A DNA stretch of 64,000 nucleotides from Eledone cirrhosa (GCA_964016885.1 OZ024756.1:30132001-30196000), one strand, 5' to 3'; numbered from the stretch's first letter, positions 24,081 to 38,672 are shown. Translations and numbers: made by a program. Notes: generated from the sequence alone by a model not told the origin.

Positions 24081-24925
24081 ATTAGTAATGTAATGTTTTA
24101 CGTGGCGTTGTTTCTATAGTATTCAAACTACTTTACAAAAGTAGTATGCTACCAGTGCTTAACAATTCGAATTGTTGTCGTAGTTAAGTTTAATCTTGGC
24201 CTAACAATTTACAAAAAATTTACATAAATTTACATAAATAGTGACACAAATTTAATGTTTTGATGGGTTTGGGTCTCGATAATATTTTTAAATATTTTAT
24301 ATTTAATATTATTATTTATAATTTATATTTTATATTCAATATTATTATTAGCATATATGATGATTTAAACTCAAACTAAACTATGGTAGGTGTTCAATTG
24401 AAATTCGATTAAACATTACAAAATAATGTTAGTACGAGAAATATTTCAACATTATTACCTAGTTTAGTATTAGAATTGGTTTAAACAATGGCAAATAAGG
24501 TTATGAAATAGTCAATATTGATTTTATTATTTAAATATATTTTGCTTTTATTTCAATTATTATGAAGAAATAATAAACGAAAGAAATAATCATTGAATTT
24601 TCGTCAATATTTTCCTAAATTTGAATTAATTTTACTATTGACATTTGTAGAATAGAACTAAATCTAAAGCAAATATAAACCTATTTCAGTGAAAAAACAA
24701 GATAAATCTCACACATATAGAAATATATATATATGCATATATATAGATGTCAGAGAGATTGTATGCTGAACCTAATGCAGTTATATTATGTAACAGACAT
24801 TTTGGCTATAGATGAATTTATCTGGTAAGTGTCTTGATCTGTGACTATGTCTGTTGAAACTAAAGCAATTACATCATGGAACAGGCAGAGCCAAGACATC
24901 GAGGCATTTAACTCTCCTCTCTCTG

Positions 24926-25062
<137 letters not shown>

Positions 25063-25094
25063 GTATATATATATTCTGTCATTACAACAGAGCT

Positions 25095-25251
25095 TTTGAT
25101 TCCAGAGTCGGACCAGATCGATACACATCGAAATTTGAGCTGATCAATTGCGAAATGCGCGTCACCAATCAATACACGTAATGAAGACATAATAAATCGT
25201 CCTTGTATATATATATATATATATATATATACATAAATCTCTCTCTGTCTC

Positions 25252-25310
<59 letters not shown>

Positions 25311-25359
25311 GCGCATTTCGCAATTGATCAGCTCAAATTTCGATCTGTATCGATGTGGT

Positions 25360-25367
<8 letters not shown>
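25095..25367. mobile_element. Inverted pair of probable PLE pLTR fragments facing a central microsatellite
   Basis: 25095-25162 and 25309-25367 are reverse complements with a few mismatches. They contain the hammerhead 3' half-like 'cGAAAtgcgcGTC'. Confidence 0.55.
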
Positions 25368-25435
<68 letters not shown>

Positions 25436-25492
25436 ATGTGTGTGTATGTGTGTGTCTGTGTCCGCATGCGCGCGTGCGTGTGTGTGTCAGTG

Positions 25493-25529
<37 letters not shown>

Positions 25530-25591
25530 AAAAGTTATGTATAATGATTCAGATTTCTATTCAAGGATGTCTTATGTTACAGGAATGTCTG

Positions 25592-25655
<64 letters not shown>

Positions 25656-25807
25656 CACATACATACACACACACACACACATAGACACATACACACACAC
25701 ACAAACACACACATATATATATATATATACAGGGAATCAAGAAATCAGAGAGAGAGAGAGAGAGGGAGAGAGAGAGAGAGAGGGGAGAGAGAGAGAGAGA
25801 GAAAGAT

Positions 25808-25869
<62 letters not shown>

Positions 25870-26320
25870 GACTTCTTCTCAAGTATGTATATGTAAAATA
25901 TATGTAGGCAAGAGATGTGTTATCGTACATGTATTACTTAGCAAGTATATAAAATATTTCAACCAAATTTCAGACGACATGAAAAAAGACAAAGGAGCTA
26001 AATCATCTTTTTATTCATAATTTGAAAACATGAATTCCTGTCTGCTGAATAAAAGGAAGAAGAAAACATATCGAAATGAAAAAGAAAATATTCTTTGATT
26101 TATATTTCGGCGATTTGAAGGAATGAATTTTTCATGAATTTAGATTTAAATAAAAGATATCGTTTGACTTAGTGACCTTGTCTATTTTTAACAATTCATA
26201 ACGAATACATGTGTAGAAGAGAATGAATACATTGAATATAAGTAGCAGACGACAGCGTTGGGTTGAGTCATATACATTCCTACGTATAGATGTATACGCT
26301 TTCTGTCTCTCTCTCTATGC

Positions 26321-26396
<76 letters not shown>

Positions 26397-26676
26397 TATA
26401 TATATATGCATATATATATATATATGAATAAATATATGCATATATATATATATATGCATATATATATATATGAATAAATATATGCATATATATATATATG
26501 CATATATATATGCATATATATATATATGCATATATATATATATATATGAATAAATATATGCATATATATATATATATATACAAATGTATGTATATATGTA
26601 CATATGTATATATGTATATATATATATGCATATATATGAATTTATACACACATCTACATATACATATATATATGTA

Positions 26677-26719
<43 letters not shown>

Positions 26720-26973
26720 ATCTATACACATATATACATATACATACATGCATACACAAAGAAACACACATTATCACACAAACACTAAACATCAATGTAT
26801 ATTCCGGTTCAGGGTGCCATTAATGTTTAACATATAACTGAATATATATTAAATAATTTTCTGTGTATATGTATGTATATTTGCATGTATGTATGTATGT
26901 ATGTATGTATGTATGTATGTATGTATGTATGTATGTATGTATGTATGTATGTATGTATGTATGTATGTATGTT

Positions 26974-27395
26974 ATCTCTTTCTCTTAATTTCGAGTATAT
27001 TTTTTTGACCGGCCACCTTCCTGGTGGCAAGGTTGTAAAAGAAAAGAAATTGTCATCCCTTGAATCGCAAGAATGTTTTGCAAATTTTGAAGGTGCCAGC
27101 TATCGCAGCCATTTGTAGACTAGGGAGCTGCGCTCTTTGTCCGCAAATCCAAGTTCAGTCATACTTTGGTCCAAGCGGGTTGGTATATAACCCGTAGCTC
27201 CAATAATGATGGGTATGAAGCTAAAGGTATATCTTGGATACTGGATTTGTAAACTTCTCATCAATGGTCCGTAGATGTCCTCCTTCTCCTGTATTTTTCT
27301 GACAACGTTTACATCAAGTGGGCAGCTGATCTCCACAACATATTCACAGTTCAAACACTTTCGTTTTTGTTTCTGAATCGAAAACGTTACTTGCA
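26974..27395 (-). pseudogene. RLE-type (R4/Dong-like) LINE 3' end: restriction-like endonuclease C-terminus, UTR and (CATA)n tail
   Basis: VVEISCPLDVNV..EKEDIY..L...IPIIIGATG...GTFKICKTFLRFKG* matches the E-x-x-x-P...K...Y...PiiiGalG pattern of RLE domains. Confidence 0.8.
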
Positions 27396-27789
27396 TATTT
27401 CTTTACAAATGTAATATAACAACGTTGCATTTATATGTTAAGGTTAAAGTGTATGTATCGTTCATATATCATAAGTGTATGTATCGTTCATATAAATAGG
27501 TGTTTTACAACACACTTACAGTTAAAACACTTATGTAGAATTATTGTATGTAATCTTACCGCGTAATGTAGCTCAACGTTTTCCAATGTATGGTATGTTG
27601 CCTTCATGTAAGCCGTAATTACACACGTCCGATTATCGGACACTGACCACAGCGGTCGCCATTGTATGTATGTATGTATGTATGTATGTATGTATGTATG
27701 TATGTATGTATGTATGTATGTATGTATGTATGTATGTATGTATGTATGTATGTGTATATGTATGTATGTGTGTGTATATGTATGTATGT

Positions 27790-28308
27790 TCTTCTGATTT
27801 TATTATTTCACAAATTTTTCCAATAGAGAGAGAGTCAGTTTCTAACATAGACACAAGACTCTCTCATTGGAATTTACACAGCATCAACTAAGTAGATTAT
27901 GTATGCATGTCTGCATGAATGTGTGTGTTATTGTATGTGTGGATGTGTATGTTTTGAGTTGTATGTGTGCATGTGTATAATGCTTTGTACATGTGTATAT
28001 GCAGTTAGTAGATGCAGAATTTTTGGAATGTTTTACATATTTTTTACTGTTCCATTAATGGATCGTACTTGTAATTTCCTAACTAGTTGTGTTCTTTCTG
28101 TTCCTGTGAAGCCTAGCTTCTGAAGATTTGTATTCAGGCAGTTACTAACACACCTCAGTGCCCCAATAATCACAGGCATAAATCTGAAGGTGTAATCAGG
28201 GTGGAGTATCTGCAGATTTCTCATCATTTCTGCATAAATATTCTCCTTTTCGCTAATCTTTGATATTATATTGGCATCTGCTGAGCAGCTAATTGCCACT
28301 ACTGTGCA
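27790..28308 (-). pseudogene. Second RLE-type LINE subfamily 3' end
   Basis: VAISCSADANI..EKENIYAEM..L..PVIIGALR...GTVK-CKTFQKF, paralogous to 26974-27395. Different UTR ending AATAAA-atcagaagaa-(CATA)n. Confidence 0.75.
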
Positions 28309-28845
28309 TGATGATGACAACCTTTATGATGACCACGATGTTGATGATGATGATGATGATGATTATGATGATGAAAATGATGATGATGACAACCATTATG
28401 ATGACAACGATGTTGATGATGATGATGATTATTATGATGATGATGAAAATGATGATGATGACAACCATTATGATGACAACGATGTTGATGATGATGATGA
28501 TGATGATTATGATGATGAAAATGATGATGATGACAACCATTATGATGACAACGATGTTGATGATGATGATGATTATTATGATGATGATGAAAATGATGAT
28601 GATGACAACCATTATGATGACAACGATGTTGATGATGATGATGATGATGATTATGATGATGAAAATGATGATGATGACAACCATTATGATGACAACGATG
28701 TTGATGATGATGATGATGATGATTATGATGATGAAAATGATGATGATGACAACCATTATGATGACAACGATGTTGATGCTGATGATGATGATGATTATGA
28801 TGATGAAAATGATGATGATGACAACCATTATGATGACAACGATGT

Positions 28846-28880
<35 letters not shown>

Positions 28881-28892
28881 ATGATGATGAAA

Positions 28893-28933
<41 letters not shown>

Positions 28934-28975
28934 CATGACGGCAATGATAATGACGACTATGATGATATACAACGA
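28309..28975. repeat. (GAT)-derived compound minisatellite, ~69-72-bp unit
   Basis: Recurring 'gatgaaaatgatgatgatgacaaccattatgatgacaacgatgtt' blocks. The poly-Asp ORF is an artefact. Confidence 0.9.
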
Positions 28976-29507
28976 TGTTGATGATGACGACTTCGACGAC
29001 GGCGATGGCGGCGATGGCGGGGGCAAGGCAATGACCACGATGGCGACGACAACAAGGACGTTGAAGCATCAGATGTTATCACACCTCTAATGACAATCCA
29101 AGCTATGATGGAGTGGATCTGTACAGTCAACACTACAATTCACATTGATAATAATTGTGAGTTTATTCTCTGCTGAAACTGATGGCAGACACGTGACTTT
29201 GCAGCAGAATTTTAATTAACTTTTGTGTTTGACATTTTAAAGATTCAATGTAATTGTAATTTAAAGCCATATTAACATATTTAATGCTTTCTCCTTCCCT
29301 TTTCTATGCAAAAAGAAAGTTAAATAAAGCTTGTAAATTAAACTAAGTTTTCCTATTTATCGCATTAATCATTTATAATTTTCGGTTTAATATTTGATGA
29401 TTTAAATTCTATTTAAATACCTAATTAGATATTAGATATAAAATTAGGCATCAATGATATACGGTTAGGGAATAAGTGGGATTATGATAAATATATTCTT
29501 TAATGAA

Positions 29508-32500
29508 TGTGACTTTGGTGAAGGTTGGCTGTGCTGAGTGTGTCTTTGGTGAAGGTTGGCTGTGCTGAGTGTGTCTTTGGTGAAGGTTGGCTGTGCTGAG
29601 TGTGACTTTGGTGAAGGTTGGCTGTGGTGAGTGTGACTTTGGTGAAGGTTGGCTGTGCTGAGTGTGACTTTGGTGAAGGTTGGCTGTGCTGAGTGTGACT
29701 TTGGTGAAGGTTGGCTGTGGTGAGTGTGACTTTGGTGAAGGTTGGCTGTGCTGAGTGTGACTTTGGTGAAGGTTGGCTGTGGTGAGTGTGTCTTTGGTGA
29801 TGGTAGGCTGTGGTGAGTGTGACTTTGGTGAAGATTGGCTGTGGTGAGTGTGACTTTGGTGAAGGTTGGCTGTGGTGAGTGTGACTTTGGTGAAGGTTGG
29901 CTGTGCTGAGTGTGACTTTGGTGAAGGTTGGCTGTGGTGAGTGTGACTTTGGTGAAGGTTGGCTGTACTGAGTGTGTCTTTGGTGAAGGTTGGCTGTGCT
30001 GAGTGTGACTTTGGTGAAGGTTGGCTGTGCTGAGTGTGTCTTTGGTGAAGGTTGGCTGTGCTGAGTGTGACTTTGGTGAAGGTTGGCTGTGGTGAGTGTG
30101 ACTTTGGTGAAGGTTGGCTGTGGTGAGTGTGACTTTGGTGAAGGTTGGCTGTGGTGAGTGTGACTTTGGTGAAGGTTGGCTGTGCTGAGTGTGACTTTGG
30201 TGAAGGTTGGCTGTACTGAGTGTGTCTTTGGTGAAGGTTGGCTGTGGTGAGTGTGACTTTGGTGAAGGTTGGCTGTGCTGAGTGTGTCTTTGGTGAAGGT
30301 TGGCTGTGGTGAGTGTGACTTTGGTGAAGGTTGGCTGTGCTGAGTGTGTCTTTGGTGAAGGTTGGCTGTGGTGAGTGTGTCTTTGGTGAAGGTTGGCTGT
30401 GGTGAGTGTGACTTTGGTGAAGGTTGGCTGTGCTGAGTGTGACTTTGGTGAAGGTTGGCTGTGGTGAGTGTGACTTTGGTGAAGGTTGGCTGTGCTGAGT
30501 GTGACTTTGGTGAAGGTTGGCTGTGGTGAGTGTGTCTTTGGTGAAGGTTGGCTGTGCTGAGTGTGTCTTTGGTGAAGGTTGGCTGTACTGAGTGTGTCTT
30601 TGGTGAAGGTTGGCTGTGGTGAGTGTGACTTTGGTGAAGGTTGGCTGTGCTGAGTGTGTCTTTGGTGAAGGTTGGCTGTGCTGAGTGTGACTTTGGTGAA
30701 GGTTGGCTGTGGTGAGTGTGACTTTGGTGAAGGTTGGCTGTGGTGAGTGTGACTTTGGTGAAGGTTGGCTGTGGTGAGTGTGACTTTGGTGAAGGTTGGC
30801 TGTGGTGAGTGTGACTTTGGTGAAGGTTGGCTGTGGTGAGTGTGACTTTGGTGAAGGTTGGCTGTGGTGAGTGTGTCTTTGGTGAAGGTTGGCTGTGGTG
30901 AGTGTGACTTTGGTGAAGGTTGGCTGTGCTGAGTGTGACTTTGGTGAAGGTTGGCTGTGGTGAGTGTGACTTTGGTGAAGGTTGGCTGTGATGAGTGTGA
31001 CTTTGGTGAAGGTTGGCTGTGGTGAGTGTGACTTTGGTGAAGGTTGGCTGTGCTGAGTGTGACTTTGGTGAAGGTTGGCTGTGATGAGTGTGTCTTTGGT
31101 GAAGGTTGGCTGTGCTGAGTGTGACTTTGGTGAAGGTTGGCTGTGCTGAGTGTGACTTTGGTGAAGGTTGGCTGTACTGAGTGTGTCTTTGGTGAAGGTT
31201 GGCTGTGCTGAGTGTGACTTTGGTGAAGGTTGGCTGTGCTGAGTGTGACTTTGGTGAAGGTTGGCTGTACTGAGTGTGACTTTGGTGAAGGTTGGCTGTA
31301 CTGAGTGTGTCTTTGGTGAAGGTTGGCTGTGGTGAGTGTGACTTTGGTGAAGGTTGGCTGTGGTGAGTGTGACTTTGGTGAAGGTTGGCTGTGGTGAGTG
31401 TGACTTTGGTGAAGGTTGGCTGTGGTGAGTGTGACTTTGGTGAAGGTTGGCTGTGGTGAGTGTGACTTTGGTGAAGGTTGGCTGTGGTGAGTGTGACTTT
31501 GGTGAAGGTTGGCTGTGGTGAGTGTGTCTTTGGTGAAGGTTGGCTGTGGTGAGTGTGACTTTGGTGAAGGTTGGCTGTGCTGAGTGTGACTTTGGTGAAG
31601 GTTGGCTGTGGTGAGTGTGACTTTGGTGAAGGTTGGCTGTGATGAGTGTGACTTTGGTGAAGGTTGGCTGTGGTGAGTGTGACTTTGGTGAAGGTTGGCT
31701 GTGCTGAGTGTGACTTTGGTGAAGGTTGGCTGTGATGAGTGTGTCTTTGGTGAAGGTTGGCTGTGCTGAGTGTGACTTTGGTGAAGGTTGGCTGTGCTGA
31801 GTGTGACTTTGGTGAAGGTTGGCTGTACTGAGTGTGTCTTTGGTGAAGGTTGGCTGTGCTGAGTGTGACTTTGGTGAAGGTTGGCTGTGCTGAGTGTGAC
31901 TTTGGTGAAGGTTGGCTGTACTGAGTGTGACTTTGGTGAAGGTTGGCTGTACTGAGTGTGTCTTTGGTGAAGGTTGGCTGTGGTGAGTGTGACTTTGGTG
32001 AAGGTTGGCTGTGGTGAGTGTGACTTTGGTGAAGGTTGGCTGTGGTGAGTGTGACTTTGGTGAAGGTTGGCTGTGGTGAGTGTGACTTTGGTGAAGGTTG
32101 GCTGTGGTGAGTGTGACTTTGGTGAAGGTTGGCTGTGGTGAGTGTGTCTTTGGTGATGGTAGGCTGTGGTGAGTGTGACTTTGGTGAAGATTGGCTGTGG
32201 TGAGTGTGACTTTGGTGAAGGTTGGCTGTGGTGAGTGTGACTTTGGTGATGGCTGGTTTGGGTGAGTGTGACTTTGTGACTTAGGCGAAGGATGGTTGTG
32301 ATGAGTGGGACTTTGGCCAAAGTAGTTTCTGATGAGTGAGACTTTAACGATGGTAGTCCGTCTTAAGTATAACTTTGACGAATGTAGATTCTGATAAATG
32401 TGAGAGTTATCTATGGTATGTGGGATTTCGAAGCGGGTAGTTTGTGATGAGTATGGCTCTAGCGATGGTACTTTGTGATGAATGTCACATCAACGAGATG

Positions 32501-32560
32501 AGTCTGTTATGTTGGTGTATGACTTTGACAAAGGTAGTCTGGGATCAGTGAGACTTTCAC
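29508..32560. repeat. 31-bp G/T-rich minisatellite (GACTTTGGTGAAGGTTGGCTGTG[C/G]TGAGTGT), ~88 homogeneous units plus a diverged right margin
   Basis: Period 31 read directly. A 21-unit (651-bp) internal duplication is present, and units decay from ~32250 to ~32560. Confidence 0.95.
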
Positions 32561-33063
32561 GAGATGAGCAAATACTGAGTTATCCATAGTGAGGTCAATG
32601 CTAGAACTTGAACCCACGTACATTGTCATAATGGCTCCCAAAATATGTTAGCAGTCAGTGCTGAGCTATAGGGCTTGGCGCGGAAAATTATGAAAATAAA
32701 GTACCTCACATACCACATAAGCACTCAACTGAACATTTCAAATTACAGGGTGTAAAATATAATTGGAATTGAAATCGATATACAATAATTTCGACCTCGT
32801 TGCACCATAACTGCTCAATGAAGACAAGTGCGATACATACATACATACATACATACATACATACATACATACATACATACATACATACATACATACATAC
32901 ATACATACATACATACATACATACATACATACAAACAGCTATAGATAGATTGAGGTGGAGAGAAAGAGGTGATGGATATGTGTATGTAAACTCCTAATAT
33001 AAATACGTATCTACGTAATATATGTATAAATATATGTAGAAACAGGACATATATGTATGTTTG

Positions 33064-33103
<40 letters not shown>

Positions 33104-33306
33104 CATACACACACATATATATATATGCATACATATATACACAAGTACTTAAGACATTCTTCCCTTAGGCAGATAGAAAAATTTCTCCAACAAGTGTTTG
33201 AAGTGCAGATACATAACGATATATACATATATATATACATACATACATGTATACATACACAATACATACATTCATAAACACACACAAACATACATACAAA
33301 CATACG

Positions 33307-33340
<34 letters not shown>

Positions 33341-34448
33341 TAATATATGATATATGGAATATGTGTAACGAGTGTGAGAGTGTGTGTGTATATATATATA
33401 TACATATATATATAAATAAATGTGTATATGTGTGTGTGTATAAATGTTTGTTTATTTGTATATGTGCATGTATTTGTTTATATATATATATATATATATA
33501 TATACATGTGTGTGTGAGTGTGTACATTTCTATTAAAGTGTCTTTGTTGCATTTGCAGCAGTAAGAGAAACGAGGATTTTTTTTTTTCTTCTTCCTTTCA
33601 AGTTGTGTGATCCCACGTAGTTTCATTGATGTGTTCGCAATGTGATTATAATCACTTTCGCAATCCTTGTCAGGATATCACAGCTGAATTATTACAGCAG
33701 GTAGCTGGTAGCCCACTCTCAATCACTCTCTCTCTATCTCTCTCACAACCGCTCTCTGTCTCTCTGTCTTTATCATTCCCTCTCTGTCTCTCTTTCTGTC
33801 CCTCTGTCTCTCTCTCTCTCTGTCTTTGTCTCTGTCTCTATTTGTCTCTTTGTCTCCTTCTCATCCTCTTTTCTATTCTTTATTTCTCACTGTCTCTCGC
33901 TATGCTTTCAAGCTGTTGTGTTATGGAGGAGGTAGAGAACAATACAGAAGAGGGCGAAACAAGGGAAGTAACAACGGTGAGTAAAACAAATATAACACAT
34001 AAAAGAAATGATAAGATAATACTCACATACATACATAAATAAATACATAGAAACATACATACAAACATATATATATATGCATGCTTCTAAATATAAATGT
34101 ATGTATATAATATATACATGTGACTACAACCCCCCTCCACACATATATATATACACTCACACGAATGTATGTGTGTATATATATATGTACAGTGAGTGAC
34201 AGCTAGAGATAGATATGCACAAAGATACATAGATGCATACAAACACTTATAATATGTATTTCCATACATATACATGTATGTATGTATATATGTATGTATG
34301 TATGTATTTATATATGTATGCATGTATAAATCCTTACACACACATATATATAAATATTTATATATATATACATATATATATACTCATTCACACATGCACA
34401 AAATCACATGCCTATATCACATGCATATATACATCACTCTCTCTCTCT

Positions 34449-34523
<75 letters not shown>

Positions 34524-34818
34524 GGTATTTATATATAATATGTAAATAATTAAATACAAAGAAACAAGCGTATAGCATGAACAGTTGCGGAGATTGAAAT
34601 TATAGAAACGACCACAATAACAACAGCAACAACAACAACAAATGCTGTATATATATATCACAGAAAAAAGAGAATCAGTTGCGCGACGAAAGGAATTTAT
34701 TGGACATATTACAATTGTTTATCGGGCGACCAGCTCGAGCACGATCGATATGGTGGTCAAACCTGACTCGGAAATCACGCGGTCCTCGGATACGTCTCGA
34801 TTCTACGAAGCAGATTTT

Positions 34819-34855
<37 letters not shown>

Positions 34856-34955
34856 TGCTGGTATCGTTTTGGTGTACACTGTTACCGTCGTCTGTTGTTG
34901 TCGCTGTTATTTCTACCATTATATATATATACCAATATATATATATATATGTATA

Positions 34956-35096
<141 letters not shown>

Positions 35097-35116
35097 TTAT
35101 GTATATATATACATAT

Positions 35117-35170
<54 letters not shown>

Positions 35171-35190
35171 TTATATATTTATGTATATAT

Positions 35191-35286
<96 letters not shown>

Positions 35287-35476
35287 TTCGTTTCTGAATT
35301 TGTTTAGCAAGATTCTTTATCTGAAATCGTGTGTTGAAACCGATATTGTTATACTTTGGGAGGGTCATGTTGCCAATAAGAAACACACGCACCAGTTGCT
35401 TTCACTTCAATTTATTATATATTTATAAATTTCTGGTTGGTTGGTTGGTTCCCCAACCAAATAGTTGTTTATATAT

Positions 35477-35521
35477 AGTCATAGTTCTTTCGTCACACAC
35501 TCTGTGAGCTCTTCAGTGACT
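35477..35521 (-). ncRNA. Minimal type I hammerhead ribozyme (family B, long arm)
   Basis: agtca-CTGAAGA-gctcaca-gagtg-tgtgac-GAAA-gaac-TA-tgact, with a 5-bp stem I. Confidence 0.85.
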
Positions 35522-35972
35522 GGGGATTCCTTTCTTTGTTTCTGTGCCTCTCCTTTGTTCTGTCCTACGCCATTTTGTTTCTGTGTGTGTGTTGTGTGCT
35601 CAGTCTGCGCATGCGCCACATCCGGGTGTCTGTGTGTGTTTATGTTCATTTATTTATTTGTTTATTTACATGTTACTGGTTGGTTGTTTGTTCTATGTGT
35701 GTGTGTGTTTTCATTTTGTCCTTAATTGTAAGTTGTGATGTTGCTGTTCCACTCATACTTTCTATTTAATTTTGGTTGTAATTCTTTTATGTTTATTGCC
35801 TCTGTAATTTGTCGCATGTAATTTGTCGCATGTAATTTGTCGCATGTAATTTGTCGCATGTAATTTGTCGGATGTGGCGCATGCGCAGACTGAGCACACA
35901 ACACACACACAGAAACAAAATGGCGTAGGACAGAACAAAGGAGAGGCACAGAAACAAAGAAAGGAATCCCCA

Positions 35973-36015
35973 GTCACTGAAGAGGTCACAGAGTGTGTGA
36001 CGAAAGAACTATGAC
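35973..36015 (+). ncRNA. Minimal type I hammerhead ribozyme (family B, inverted arm)
   Basis: gtca-CTGAAGA-g-gtcaca-gagtg-tgtgac-GAAA-gaac-TA-tgac. Confidence 0.85.
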
Positions 36016-36148
36016 GAAATAACTATAAACAACTATCTGGTTGTGGAACCAACCAACCAACCAGAAATTTATAAATTTATAAATTTATAAATTTATAAAT
36101 ATATAATAAATTGAAGTGAAAGCAACTGGTGCGTGTGTTTCTTATTGG

Positions 36149-36231
<83 letters not shown>

Positions 36232-36368
36232 GCCGGATGGTGGATCAGGTAAGAAAGTAAAAGAGAATATATACATACATATATGTATGTATGTATGTAT
36301 ATCTATGAATGTCTGTAATCTATCTATCTATCTGTCACTGTCTATATATCTATCTGTCTATTTAGCTG

Positions 36369-36453
<85 letters not shown>

Positions 36454-36540
36454 TCACCTCCCCACCCATCCTCTCTCTCTCTCTTTATATATACATTTAT
36501 ATAGTATATATTCATATTAAGTATAATTGATAATAATAAT

Positions 36541-36727
36541 AATTGTTTCTACTTTAGGCACAAGGCCAGCAATTACCCAGTGCATTACTGGTACTTTATT
36601 TTATCAACCCCGTAAGGATGAAAGGCAAAGTCAACCTCGGCGGGATTTGAACTCAGATCGTAAAGGGACGTAACTATGCTGGAAAGCATGGCGTCCGACC
36701 CTCCACCGATACTACCAATCCACCGCC
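36541..36727 (-). mobile_element. SINE, full length, minus strand
   Basis: Reverse complement of the consensus, including the 5' 'ggcggtggattgg'. Confidence 0.92.
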
Positions 36728-36789
36728 CTTTGATAATAATAATAATAATAATAATAGTATTAGTTGTAGTAATAGTAGTAATGGTGTCG

Positions 36790-36810
36790 GAGTTGGTGGT
36801 GGTGGTAGTG

Positions 36811-36857
<47 letters not shown>

Positions 36858-36939
36858 TGTAGTAGTAGTAGTAGTAGTAGTAGTTGTTGTAGTAGTAGTA
36901 GTAGTTGTATTAGTAGTAGTAGTAGTAGTGATTGTAGTT

Positions 36940-36974
<35 letters not shown>

Positions 36975-37089
36975 TGTTGTAGTAGTAGTAGTAGAAGTAT
37001 TAGTAGTAGTAGTAGTAGTAGTTGTAGTAGTAGTAGTTGTTGTTGTAGTAGTAGTAGTAGTTGTAGTAGTAGTAGTAGTAGTAGTGATT

Positions 37090-37151
<62 letters not shown>

Positions 37152-37173
37152 TGTAGTAGTAGTAGTAGTAGTT

Positions 37174-37215
<42 letters not shown>

Positions 37216-37335
37216 ATTGTAGTAGTAGTAGTAGTAGTAGTGATTGTAGTAGTAGTAGTAGTAGTAGTTGTAGTAGTAGTAGTTGTAGTAGTAGTAGTAG
37301 TAGTGATTGTAGTAGTAGTAGTAGTAGTAGTAGTT

Positions 37336-37393
<58 letters not shown>

Positions 37394-37446
37394 TAGTAGT
37401 AGTAGTAGTAGTAGTAGTGATTGTAGTAGCAGTAGTAGTAGTAGTT

Positions 37447-37486
<40 letters not shown>

Positions 37487-37487
37487 C

Positions 37488-37534
<47 letters not shown>

Positions 37535-37537
37535 CAG
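36790..37537. repeat. Long (TAG)n microsatellite with TTG/GAT interruptions
   Basis: Direct reading. Confidence 0.95.
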
Positions 37538-37755
37538 TACTGTCTTATGAAACACACACCTATCTTAGAAAATCGAAAGAGTAGTTTTGAGCCTGCAGGC
37601 TTCTTCTCGAGGCATTTGGACATATTTTACAGAAGGAATGATATGTAATCTGACATACATCTATAAACCTCATCCGACTACATCCGCACCCATTCCCCTA
37701 CACATTCTCACAAACACTAACACACACAGATTCGCATACAAACATATAAATACGT

Positions 37756-37787
<32 letters not shown>

Positions 37788-37803
37788 TTATATATATATT
37801 TAT

Positions 37804-37978
37804 AACGAAGGAAATGTGGTAAGGAACCAGGTGGACCATAACGCACCAAAGTACTCAATACTTAGGGTAGTAGAGTGGGTAATAGGAACAAGTGAGACCC
37901 CGACGGCTGAGCTCAAGCCGTTTCGACGGCTAATTCTGCAACGGCTTGAGCTCAGCCGTCGGGGTCTCACTTGTTCCT
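37804..37978. mobile_element. PLE family A fold-back element
   Basis: Long arm to 'gctaattctgc', then the inverted arm from 'aacggcttgagc' to 'ttgttcct'. Confidence 0.85.
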
Positions 37979-37983
37979 ATATA

Positions 37984-38033
<50 letters not shown>

Positions 38034-38051
38034 AATATGTATATATATATA

Positions 38052-38102
<51 letters not shown>

Positions 38103-38121
38103 GTGTGTATATATATATATA

Positions 38122-38272
<151 letters not shown>

Positions 38273-38543
38273 GTGTGTATATATATATATATATATACAT
38301 ACATATGTATATATATATAAAAAAACATGAGAAGAAAGAATGAATACTGCGTGGTTGCACATGAGTTACATATGATAAAAATAGTCCTTCATCAGTGATT
38401 TTCCAACCTTCATTGGTATTTCATCGCTTTCAAAATCATATACCTGCAGTTGGTGCGAGCAATAGCTAAATAAAGCTATTGGGACAAGTAAATCGCGTAA
38501 AGCGAGCGAGACAAGTAAACAAACATAGAAGGATAGCAACGCA

Positions 38544-38577
<34 letters not shown>

Positions 38578-38584
38578 CATATAC

Positions 38585-38672
<88 letters not shown>

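Larger units (their letters stand above)
35287..36149 (-). mobile_element. PLE family B 3' end: GIY-YIG C-terminus, pLTR with hammerhead, and inverted pLTR
   Basis: Minus-strand 'RQITEAINIKELQPKLNRKYEW' (35722-35815) is a GIY-YIG end motif. Inverted arms at 35372-35624 / 35869-36149, an ~85-nt tail at 35287-35371, and (TA)n on both sides. Confidence 0.9.

Noticed and set aside
28271-28981. Poly-Asp ORF resembling an acidic shell-matrix protein
   Set aside because: GAT-derived repeat open in several frames, fused to an antisense LINE fragment, with no signal peptide or splice context.
29465-32320. 951-aa ORF
   Set aside because: Translation of a 31-bp minisatellite cycling through all frames; variation shows no codon-position pattern.
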